DNA of 64,000 nt, taken from Octopus sinensis (lineage: Eukaryota). Made by a program: the position numbers and the translations under genes. The notes under the pieces were generated by a model. The model worked only from the letters and a program-made list of their open reading frames with translations, was not told where the DNA came from and ran no database searches. This document shows, piece by piece, positions 48,126 through 59,628 of this stretch (position 1 is the first letter of the stretch; each line of letters starts with the position of its first letter). The stretch lies in NCBI RefSeq assembly GCF_006345805.1, contig NC_043020.1:28024001-28088000 (forward strand), given 5' to 3'.

Positions 48126-50459
48126 GACAGGCTTCTTTCAGTTTCCGTCTACCAAATCCACTCACAAGGCATTGGTCGGCCCGGGGCTATAGCAGAAGAC
48201 ACTTGCCCAAGATGCCACACAGTGGGACTGAATCTGGAACCATGTGGTTGGTTAGCAAGCTACTTACCACACAGCCACTCCTGCGCCTGGTGATGGAATC
48301 AATTTACAATCATTATTTTGGCCCATCAATCCCCCACAAACAGTTGTTGGACTCATAAAACTCTTATTCAACCCCTTTAAGTCCTGATATCATTTCTATT
48401 CTGACTAAGTCAGATCTTCCATTAAGTAAACATAGGTTCATTCTTTGTCTGGCCCAGATATTCTACTTGGAGGCAATGTGGCTGCTGCCGGTGTTGCGTA
48501 ACTGGCACCCATGCTGGTAGCACGTAAAAAGCCCCATTGGAGTGTTGGGTGTCTGGTGGAGGCAATGACAAATGACCGAGACCTTTGCCAATGTGCCGTA
48601 CTTTGAGAAGAAAACCCACCAAGCCGAGTGGAATCACAGTCGAGGCAGACACTGGTGTCACACAACTGGCACCCATGCCAGTGGCACATAAAAAGCACCC
48701 ATTACACTGTTGGAAGGGTTGGCATTGGGAAAGGCATCCATCCGTAGAAAACCATGTTAAATCAAAATGGAGTCTGGGGCAGATCTCCAGCTTGCCAGCC
48801 CTCATCAAACCGTCCAACTCATGCCAGCATGGACAACAGACGTTAAATGATGATGATGATTTATGTTCAAACTGGCCAGACCTGACCGCTCACATCTAGC
48901 CTACAGAGTCATTTTGAAAACAAACAACCTCAGCATTGAAATTTCAAAATTATGGGAGAATGCAGCCTAGTCTGGCACCTGTGCCGGTGGCACGTAAAAA
49001 GCACCCACTACACTCATGGAGTGGTTGGCGTTAGGAAGGGCATCCAGCCGTAGAAACATTGCCAGATCAGACTGGGCCTGGTGCAGCCTTCTGGCTTCCC
49101 AGACCCCAGTTGCACCGTCCAACCCATGCCAGCATGGAAAGCGGACGCTAAACGATTATGATGATGATGAATGCATGAAGAATTCAAAACGATGGGAATA
49201 AATAAGGATTCCATTTGACAGAATAAGCTGAATGCTAAACGGTTAAATTAGCAGTGTTAACCTTTAACTCATTTAATACCAACTTGCTTGAGATCAACCG
49301 TGGTTCTAGGACACAAACTTTCTGTTTCGAGTGACCTGCATGAAGGCATTTTATAACTTCCTGCTAACGTAGTGTCCCAAATACCAGCTTAATAACAATA
49401 ATATCAAAGTTATTTTTACTAACTTCAGTATTTTCATTGAAATTTATTAACAAAACAGTTGGTTTAATTGCCATAATGTATTGTAGAACATATACTTTTA
49501 CTTGTTTCAGTCATTTGACTGCAGCCATGCTGGAGCACTGCCTTTAGTCAAGCAAATCAACCCCAGGACTTATTCTTTGTAAGCCTAGTACTTATTCTAT
49601 TGGGCTCTTTTGCCAAACTGCTAAGTGACGGGAACGTAAACACACCAGCATCTGTTGTCAAAGATGGTAGGGGGATAAACACAGACACACACACACATAC
49701 GACGGGCTTCCTTCAGTTTCCATCAACCAAATCCACTCACAAGACTTTGGCCAGCCCGAGGCTATAGTAGCAGATACTATGAACCCAGAACCATGTGGTT
49801 GGTAAGCAAGTTACTTACCACACAGCCACTCCTAAGTATACACTTCAGCAACAATATGTTCACGAAAAGTAAAAGCAGTCACAGCTGCACATGCCACACA
49901 ATTTTTGTCAGCACTCGTGCACTTTCCTTAACTATCCACGAAACACAATGCATGCAAACCCACTGACATTAGCAAGTTAAAACAAGCTGGAGGGGTCAAT
50001 TTATGTCTTTAACCCTTTCTTAGAAGTGAGATCAAATATTAAGTTGCTGGTGTGTTAAGGGTTTCATTTTGATGCTATAATGTATCAGAGATCTGTACCA
50101 GGTTCCAGTCTAAATTATGGTTTGGTTTCTATGGCTGGATGCGCTTCCTATTTCTTTACTACCCACAAGGGGCTAAACACAGAGAGGACGAACAAGGACA
50201 GACAAACGAATTAAGTCGATTACATCGACCCCAGTGCGTAACTGGTACTTAATTTATCGACCCCGAAAGGATGAAAGGCAAAGTCAACCTTGGTGGAATT
50301 TGAACTCACAACGTAACGGCAGACGAAATAACGCTAAGCATTTCGCCCGGTGCGCTAACGTTTCTGCCAGCTCGTCACCTGGATGCCCTTCCAAAAGTGT
50401 AGTAAGTGCCTTTTATGTGTCACGATGATGATGATGTCACAGGTGCCTTATACGCGTCA

Positions 50460-51185
50460 CCAACACTGTCCACAACTACAATTGCACCCAGCCTGATGAG
50501 TCTTCTCAATCACAGCATTGTGCCAAAGGGTCTCAGTCACTAGTCATCACCCCCATCAGACCTACCATCCAGAAATCATGCTTCACCACCTCATTCCATG
50601 TCTTCCTGGTTCTACCGCTTTCACAGGTTCCCTCCACAGTTTGAGATCAGTACTTCTCAATGCAGCTGTCCTCATCCAAACACATCACAACCATACCTAT
50701 TTCTTTATTACCCACAAGGGGCTAAACACAGAGATGACAAACAAGGACAGACATAGGTATTAAGTCGATTACATCAACCCCAGTGCGTAACTGGTACTTA
50801 ATTCATCGACCCCGAAAGGATGAAAGGCAAAGTCGACCTCGGCGGAATTTGAACTCACAACGTAATGGCAGATGAAATACCGCTAAGCATTTCGCCCGGC
50901 GTGCTAACGTTTCTGCTAGCTCACGACCATACCATTCCAGTCACCTCTCTTGCACATCACATCTTATGCCACTTATGCCCAATTTTTCTCTCAAGATGCT
51001 TACACTGTTGTACAGGCTCACCTATTTTGCATACCCAGCAGAGCATGCTCGCTCCATTTCTGACAAGTCTTCACATGTCCCCTGCAGTCACAGCACGTGT
51101 TTCACTGCTGTGTAGCAAGGCTGTCCACACAGGCATCATACAATTTACCCTTCACTCTGAGGGAGAGGTCCTTTGTTACCAACAA
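50460..51185 (-). mobile_element. Degenerate RTE LINE 3' region, interrupted by a 232-bp-family SINE (about 50698-50920)
   Basis: PLLVTKDLSLRVKGKLYDACV resembles the RTE LSL..KGRLY.ACV motif; the rest is frameshifted. Confidence 0.65.
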
Positions 51186-54100
51186 AGGAAACATGAAGCT
51201 ATAAATGACAATAAATATTGGGTTGGGAAACCTTTTTCTATAGGAAAAGTCAAAGGCTGCCTGTAAGACTTGAACCCACATGATAATAAAAAGGGTTAAG
51301 CTGCCTGGTTACTGTTTCCATTTTCAGCAAAGAACCATTTCATTGTGTGCTGCATACAACTATGTGCAGTGGACTGCATGCAAGCTCAGGGTTTTGGAAA
51401 TGACACATCATCATCATCATCGTTTAACGTCCGCTTTCCATGCTAGCATAGGTCAGACAGTTCAACTGGGGTCTGGGAAGCCCGAAGGCTGCACCAGGCC
51501 AGTCATATCTGGCGGTGTTTCTACAGCTGGATGCCCTTCCTAATGCCAACCACTCCGTGAGTGTAGTGGGTGCTTTTTATGTGCCACCGACACAGGTGCC
51601 AGACAAGGCTGGCGAACAGCCACGCTCGGATGGTGCTTTTTATGTGCCACCAATACAGGTGCCAGACGAGACTGGCGAATGGCCATGCTCGGATGGTGCA
51701 TTTTACGTGCCACCGGCACGGAGGCCAGGCGAGGCTGGCACAGCCACGATCGGATGGTGTTTGTTACGTGCTACCAGCATGGAGGCCAGTCGATGCGGAC
51801 ACACTGATGGGAAAAGGATACACTGATCCTATCAAATGGTTGACCGAAACCCCTAATGACAAAACCACTCAAACAAAACAGTGTGGATAAAAGCGGCTAC
51901 ACTTCTGAGATAAAGAGAGAACAGGTTGGAAACAGTTGTGCCTCTGTGCTGAGCGCATTTACAAAAGATAAGGGGAAATGCAACCAGACAGGTTAGGGAA
52001 CAACAAGGTGTATTAGTTGTCCCCACCCACTACAGCATAACAACCGGTGTTGGTTTATTTACGTCCACGTCACTCAGCAGTTTGGCGAAACAAGATCGCT
52101 TGAATGAATAACTGGCCTTTAAAATAAGTACTAGGGTCGATTCCTTCGGCAACACCCTCCTAGGACGATGCCCCAGCAAAGACTAATCCAAACACTGAAA
52201 CAAGTTAAAGATAAAATAGTCACGTACTATATATATATATATATACACACACACATATAATGAGTTATGTTACTAGTAACGAATGATCGCCATATATATA
52301 TATATATATATATATTTATTTCTTTACTACCCACAAGGGGCTAAACATAGAGGGGACAAACAAGGACAGACAAAGGGATTAAGTCGATTATATCGACCCC
52401 AGTGCGTAACTGGTACTTTATTTATCGACCCCGAAAGGATGAAAGGCAAAGTCAACCTCGGCGGAATTTGAACTCGGAACGTAACGACAGACGAAATGCA
52501 CTATTTGGCATTCTTTCGATATAACTCGACAAAATCAAAATACTTCACTTCGAGTATTTCCGTGGAAGCAGATGACAGTTCGATTCTGTTTTCTGCTTGG
52601 AAATTTGCGGATTTTACAGACACACATGAAACAGATAAGAACAAATATGCAAGGCTTTTTTTTCTTCAAGTTTAAAATTAAACATTGCTGGCATAATTTC
52701 GTTATACCTTTATTCCACAACCCACGGGAATACCCGAAGTGTTAAGGAATGCCCATTATTTTTGTTGTTGTTCTGCTACTTGTGCAACGAAATAAAGAAA
52801 ACTGCTGCTCCCCAAAGCTAAGTTAAGTGCTGCCTTCGAAAGAACCAAACTTTATATGCTTAATAAACGAAAGTCACTCGACATCCATGCGAATGAAGCA
52901 TCGAGTGGGTAAATATAAATGGGAAGATGCTGTGCTGGGTACATCTCTTTCACAAGAATATTGGTAAAACTAATTTGGGTTTTTATTTTGGTAAGTGTGA
53001 AACCATACAGGTCTCTGATGTTCGTGTCTTTCCCAAGTCTAACAGCAGAACGACTTCTGACATAAAATATATGAAAACAAAGAGGCAGAGAAATTCTAAG
53101 AGATGGCATTAACGCCTTTACCAAACTCACGAGCGACGTTAATTATACAAAATCTAATGAGAAACCAAAATACATTGGAATCGAGAGTTTTTTTTTTTTT
53201 CACAGAAACAAAAAAACTCTATACCAAGGGAGGGGATGTCTGCGATGGTTTTTGCCATTTGTGAAGAACATCAGCAGATTAATTCACATGGATGGGCTTT
53301 TGGTGAAGAAAAGAGACAGTAGTAGTTCGAGTCAGGGAAGCATCAGACTGTGTTACAGTAGGTAGATTTACCCAGTGAGGTTCTGAGTTCGAATTCCGCA
53401 AACATCTGTTTCACCTTTCGTCCCATCAGAATCGATTCGGTACCAGTGTTGCATTGGCTCACGTTCAATCAACTTATACCTCAATACCTGCATAAATTTA
53501 TTGACCTACCCAATTACAAATAAACCAATATGACTCTCCCCAGACACAACACAATATTGGGGGATTCGATCTAGAATGCGCGCTAACTTATTGACACCTG
53601 CATTTATCAATAATTAAGGATATTGTTACAATCATGGGCTTTCCAGCCGTGACTACCTATCATTTATACACTACATTATCAAAAGTCTCTTTTGTTTGTT
53701 TCTTTCTTTTTTAATGTTAGCATGTGATTTGAGAGAAATTTAACTGCTATTTCTAGCAAGCCGATCTACTGTGTCTAGAGCCTTATTGAACCGTATCTAA
53801 GCGTCAAGGTATGCAAAATATGTCCCTACTTTACTGCATTGAGCTTACTTGGGTTTTACGGTTTGCCATGGGTTTAGACAGCCCAGTTTACACAACAGTA
53901 TTAACCATATACCATATATATATATATATATATATATATAAATGGTTTATAAGATAAAAGAAGAGAAATATAAGATATTAAAAAGGGGTTAAATCGGCCA
54001 AATTAAACAATACCCATGTAGCTGGAATATCTTTCAAAAAATAAGGACAAACGGATTAATTGTGAGAGATCAGGGAGTTTCGTTTGTTTAAGGTTTACAA

Positions 54101-54337
54101 CCCAGACATGACACTCACGGTTTAGAGAAATAAATAAATAAATAAAGGCATCTGGGTTACTTACTGATCTTTCGAATCAGAGAAACCAAAATCACTTGGT
54201 GTCGAAAAAAAAAATGATAATTAATGGGTTTTTAAATGCTGATTGCAGAGTGTTTGATCGAGAAGCGAATTCTCACCATATGTACATCGCACATTGATAC
54301 ACACAAAAAACACGAGGCCAGGGCAGAATTTACTCAC

Positions 54338-54420
54338 GTTTCGATGACGTTTTACGCGCAGCGAACAGCAGCAGCAGCCATGCAAATTGCCTGGCTGACG
54401 AAATCAGATTGAATCGTACT
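54338..54420 (-). other. Candidate first (5'UTR) exon of EIF2B4
   Basis: CpG-dense patch ending in an AC|GTGAGT donor at 54337, same strand and ~9 kb upstream of the exon at 45035; the link is inferred. Confidence 0.35.
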
Positions 54421-54436
54421 TTCTCTTTGGCAAAGT

Positions 54437-55492
54437 ATTTATTTCTTTACTGCCCGGGGACAAACAAGGACAGACAAAGGGGTTAAGTCGATTACATCGA
54501 CCCCCAGTGCGTACCTGGTACTTAATTTATCGACCCCGAAAGGATGAAAGGCAAAGTCGACCTCGGCGAGATTTGAACTCAGAACGTAACGGCAGACGAA
54601 ATACCTATTTCTTTATTACCCACAAGGGGCTGAACACAGAGGGGATAGGCAAACGGTTTAAATCGATTATATCGACCCCAGTGCGTAACTGGTACTTAAT
54701 TTATCGACCCCGAAAGGATGAAAGGCAAAGTCGACCTCGGCGGAATTTGAACTCAGAACGTAACGGCAGACGAAATACCTATTTCTTTACTACCCACAGG
54801 GGGCTGAACACAGAGGGAACAAACAAGGACAGAGAAAGGGATTAACTGGTACTTTATTTATCGACCCCGAAAGGATGAAAGGCAAAGTGGACCTCGGCAG
54901 AATTTGAACTTAGAACGTAACGGCAGACGAAATACCTATTTCTTTTACTACCCACAAGGGGCTACACATAGAGGGGACAAACAAGGACAGTCAAACGGAT
55001 TAAGTCGATTACATCGACCCCAGCGCGTAACTGGTACTTAATTTATCGACCCCGAAAGGATGAAAGGCAAAGTTGACCTCGGCGGGATTTGAACTCAGAA
55101 CGTAACGGCAGACGAAATACCTATTTCTTTACTACCTACAAGGGGCTAAACACAGAGGGGACAAACAAGGACAGACAAAGGGATTAACTGGTACTTTATT
55201 TATCGACCCCGAGAGGATGAAAGGCAAAGTCGACCTCGGCGGGATTTGAACTCGGAACGTAGCAGCAGACGAAATACCAATTTCTTTACTACCCACAAGG
55301 GGATAAACACAGAGAGGACAGACAAAGGGATTAAGTCGATTACATCGACCCCAGTGCGTAACTGGTACTTAATTTATCGACCCCGAAAGGATGAAAGGCA
55401 AAGTCGACCTCGGCGGAATTTGAACTCAGAACGTAACAGCAGACGAAATACAGCTACGCATTTCGCCTGTCGTGCTAACGTTTCTGCCACCT
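54437..55492 (-). repeat. Six-unit tandem concatemer of family-B SINE
   Basis: Unit boundaries near 54606, 54780, 54937, 55122 and 55279; junction GACGAAATACC|TATTTCTTT. Confidence 0.92.
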
Positions 55493-55649
55493 CGTATTTG
55501 AACTCTTTTCAACTGGGATCCTAAAAACGTGTCATCTGGTTTATGGGTCTCAGAGTACTGTTTTTTGTTGTTCTTTTTAAAGGGGTGAAACAGCTATAAC
55601 TATGGAGCTCTGCTTCATCGTTCTGGCGGACAAAATGGAAAAGGCGTGG

Positions 55650-56008
55650 CCCCGGAGGATGACGAGGGAGAGGGGCGGGAACAGCCACGCTTGGGGATAG
55701 CCACCCTTCCCCGGAGGATGGCGAGGGAGACGGGCAGGAACAGCCGCACTTACGAATAGCGACCCCTGCCTGGAGGATGACGAGGGAGGCGGGCAGGTAC
55801 AGCCGCGCTTGCGGATAGCCACCCCTGCCCGGAGGATTGACGAGGGAGACGGGCAGGTACAGCCGCGCTTGTGGATAACCACCCCTGCCCGGAGGATGAC
55901 GAAGAAAACGGGTAGGAACAACAGCAGTTGTGGATAGCCACCCCTGCCCGGAGGATGATGAGGGAGACGGGCAGGGACAGCCGCACTTGCGGATGGCCAC
56001 CCCTGCCC
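55650..56008. repeat. GC-rich 59-bp minisatellite, 6 units
   Basis: Consensus CCCGGAGGATGACGAGGGAGACGGGCAGGTACAGCCGCGCTTGCGGATAGCCACCCCTG. Confidence 0.92.
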
Positions 56009-56684
56009 TGATGGGAGTGAGGTGGGACATAGTCGGAGGGCCAAGAACGCCTCAAGCCTCCACTATCACAGGCTCGACCACAAATCTGTTTGACGAGCAG
56101 CGAAGCCTGGGCTGGCAGTTCGCTAAGCGGGTGTCAGAGTGTAACATCCCAGATAAGCGGACCTACCACCGCGAAACGGGAAAATTGTCATGCCGTCTGG
56201 CCTTTTACCGTCTCCTTTTGTCCTTTTATAATTTCATTCACAACTGGAATGCATTATGAGAATGCATTGAGTACCATTTCTGAATGGTACGCCTAATGAA
56301 AAGTTACCTTCGTGTATCTTTTTAGTAGTGTGGCCTATCAGATAATGAGCTGTGTCTCACGAAACCCGCTTCTCAAAAAATGTTTCCCAGCCCTATATTA
56401 GAGGAATATTAAACCGATCACTTTATTTGCCTGGTACTTTGTCCTGTCGATTCTAGAAGAGTGAAATGCGAAGATGAATTTGACAGGAACTGAACTCAGA
56501 ACGTAAACGGCTTTCGAAATTCTGTTATAACCTGGAGCCTACTTTGATCGTAGGTCACATGGGATAACCAAACCATATTTATATTGTACTCCGGTCCTGT
56601 TAGCAGCTTAGTAACACATATAAAACCTTTTACCTTTATTTGTATTTTTCACTTATAACTCGTTACCGATATTACGTATTAGTC

Positions 56685-57070
56685 TAAGGCAGCGAGCTGG
56701 CAGAATCGTTAGCACGCCGGACAAAATGCTTAGCGGCATTTCGTCCGTCTTTACGCCCTGAGTTCAAATTCCGTTGAGGTCGACTTTGCCTTTCATCCTT
56801 TCGCAGTCGATAAAATAAGTACATATTTCTTTATTACCCACAAGGGGCTAAACATAGAGGGGACAAACAAGGACAGACATAGGTATTAAGTCGATTACAT
56901 CGACCCCAGTGCATAACTGGTACTTAATTTATCGACCCCGAAAGGATGAAAGGTAAAGTCGACCTTGGCGAAATTTGAACTCAGAACGTAGCGGCAGACG
57001 AAATACCGCTAAGCATTTCGCCCGACGTGCTAACGATTCTGGCGGCTCGCCGCCTTAAAAATAAGTACCA
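56685..57070. mobile_element. Family-B SINE inserted in opposite orientation into another family-B SINE
   Basis: Host head at about 56685-56822 (+); insert at about 56824-57056 (-) flanked by an AAAATAAGTAC duplication. Confidence 0.75.
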
Positions 57071-58555
57071 GTTGCGTATTGAAGTCGATGTAAGTCATGC
57101 ATCTTCACCAAAATTTGAAATCGATATTATATATTAGTTTTAATTAACAGAGTTACGTCCCTTCTACCCTTAAGTTTGGTGTTGTCTCCCCTTACTCAGC
57201 GAAAGGGTCGTCATATTCTTGGTTTCAATTTTTGGCACGCGGCCAGCAATTTCAGGGGTGGTGATGGGGCACAAGTCGATTAAATCAACCCCAACGTCCA
57301 ACTGGTACTTATTTTATCGATCCCGAAAGGTTGAAAGGCAAAGTCAGAAGACGAAATGCCACTAAGCATCTCGCCCGGCGTGCTAACGATTCTGCCAAAT
57401 TCGTCGCCCTAAATTGGTTTCAAATCTTGGCACAAGGCCAGTAATTTCGAGGGAGAGGGTAAGTCCATTACATCGACCTCAGTATACAACTGGTACCTTG
57501 GCTTATTATCTACAAACGCGTGACCTCCCCTCCATCACCACACCAAAATTGTTTCCTAACTTTCAGAAAAATGGAAATCTTTTAACGAAACTTTTTTACA
57601 AACATCAAATTGTGCAGATAACAATTATATCGGAATTTAATATGAAAAATTCTTTTCCAAGGGTGAGGTGAAGAGTTTCGTAAAATTCACAGGATTCAGC
57701 TTTGTTTTATCATATCATTATCGTTTAACATCCGTTTCCCATGCTAGCATGGGTCAGATGGTTTGATGGAGGTCTGGGAAGCCAGGAGGCTGCACCGGGC
57801 CCCAGTCTGATCTGGCAGTGTTTCTACAGCTGAATGCCCTTCCTAATGCCAACCACTCTGAGAGTGTAGTGGGTGCTTTTTATGTGCCACCGGCACAGGT
57901 GCCAGTCAGGCGGTCCTGGCATCAATCACATTTGGATGGTGCTTTTTACATTCCACCAGCACAAGGGCCAGTCAAGCGGTACTGGCATCAGCCACGTTTG
58001 GATGGCGCTTTTTACATACCAGTCAGGGGTCACTGGCCACAGCTATGATATTGGTTTTACTTGGCTCAATAGGTCTTCTCAAGCAAAGATCTTTTTTTTT
58101 TACAAATTCCGTTCACTGTGTGTAAATTACGATTATACACAGGAGTGGCTGTGTGGTAAGTAGCTTGTTTACCAACCACACGGTTCCAGGTTCAGTCCCA
58201 CTGCATGGCACATTGGGCAAGTGTTTTCTACTATAGCCTCGGGCCGACCAAAGCCTTGTGAGTGGATTTGGAAGACGGAAACTGAAAGAAGCCCGTCGTA
58301 TATATGTATATATATGTATGTGTGTGTTTGTGTGTCTGTGTTTGTCCCCCTAGCATTGCTTGACAACCGATGCTGGTGTGTTTACGTCCCCGGTACTTAG
58401 CGGTTCGGCAAAAGAGACCAATAGAATAAGTACTGGGCTTACAAAAGAATAAGTCCCGGGGTCGAGTTGCTCGATTAAAGGCGGTGCTCCAGCATGGCCG
58501 CAGTCATATGACTGAAACAAGGAAGAGTAAAAGAGAGTAAAGAGTATACTGGGAT

Positions 58556-59045
58556 GTTGTTGTTGTTGTTGTTGGCATCCTTTTTGTCTCAGGAGACAAT
58601 GGAGTTGCACATAAAATAATCCAGTCTGGTTTTTACATTTCATGTCATTTACATGTCCTGCAGCGGCTGTGTAGTCCTATCCTGGACAAACACTCCCTCT
58701 GGCAGGTGACACAGATGTCACTGAAGTGTCCTCTCCAGTTTTGCACAGGCTTAGATGTAAGAAAATCCTGGGTAGCCCAATCGTCAGGATTCCTCTCTTG
58801 ACTTTGCTGATGTAGTCCAAAGGAGTGCAGAGTATTACGTTTGGCACCAGCTTTGGTTGCAGGAGCTGCCGGAAGAGTGTCGAGTCGAACACTAAACCGC
58901 CTACAGGGCACCACTCCGGATTTCTTTGGAGGTTATCTCCTTTCAGTAATCCTGGATAGGGGCCCGTACTGGGTACTACCAGCCGGAGTCAGCTGAGCCT
59001 GGGACTCGTGTCAGGCAGGGTCGTCACTCCCTGAAGTTGTGAAGA
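58556..59045 (-). mobile_element. RTE-derived element: UTR-like GC-rich segment plus C-terminal zinc knuckle and (CAA)n tail
   Basis: ICVTCQRECLSRIGLHSRCRTC (C..C...SRIGL.SH motif), then CCATTGTCTCCTGAGACAAAAAGGATGCC(AAC)n. Confidence 0.7.
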
Positions 59046-59541
59046 AAATCGCTAACCATTACCATACTGGGATTTAATATGAAAAACAAAAAAAGGACTT
59101 ATACACATATATACTGACACACACCATAAGGGCATCCAGCCATAGAGACCCTACCAAATCAGACTGGTGCTTGGTGCAGCTCTCCAGCTTACCAGTTCCA
59201 GTCAAGCCATCTAACCCATGCCAGCATGGAAAGTGGATGTTAAACAATAATGATGAGAATGAGGATGATGAGGAGGAGGAGGATAAGGAGGATGATTGCT
59301 GCTTTAAATTTTTATACAATATTCAAGGTTTGTAGTGTCCACACGAATGAGGATCCTGAAACCTCTCAGAGCTGAAGGACGGTCGGAAGCTTGACGCCAC
59401 CATGCACACGAAACTCTTGTAACAGAGATACAAACACAAGAAAACTGCTTGAAGTTTCTTTAGAAAAAAATAAAACCGAATGTTTTTTATTACATGATTC
59501 AAGAAGTGGATGTCTGTGCGTCTCTCTTTCTCTTGGACTCA

Positions 59542-59628
59542 TTATAGTTCAAAATATTTCTGTCGGAAAGTTGAATCTGCATAATGGTCCAGTAACACTG
59601 AAGCTGATCCTGATTCTTCAGAATTTTC
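59542..59628 (-). CDS. TRMT11: TRMT11 last coding exon (ENSEESGSASVLLDHYADSTFRQKYFEL*)
   Basis: TATTTCAG acceptor, TAA stop; AATAAA on the minus strand at 59491-59486. Confidence 0.9.
   Translation of the reverse strand, partial: ENSEESGSASVLLDHYADSTFRQKYFEL

Noticed and set aside
52500-53500. Unique, moderately CpG-rich segment with short ORFs and several GTAAGT/GTGAGT donors
   Set aside because: No recognisable protein or RNA family and no consistent exon structure.
54437-56008. Regularly spaced repeats suggesting a CRISPR array
   Set aside because: Units are contiguous SINE copies or a minisatellite with no unique spacers; the context is eukaryotic and there are no cas genes.
55521-56259. 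Overlapping ORFs of 100-170 aa across the 59-bp array
   Set aside because: Unit length is not a multiple of 3; the open frames reflect GC richness.
58930-59045. HDV-like ribozyme at the 5' end of the RTE-derived element
   Set aside because: Small hairpins are present but I could not build the P1/P2/P3/P1.1 double pseudoknot by eye.
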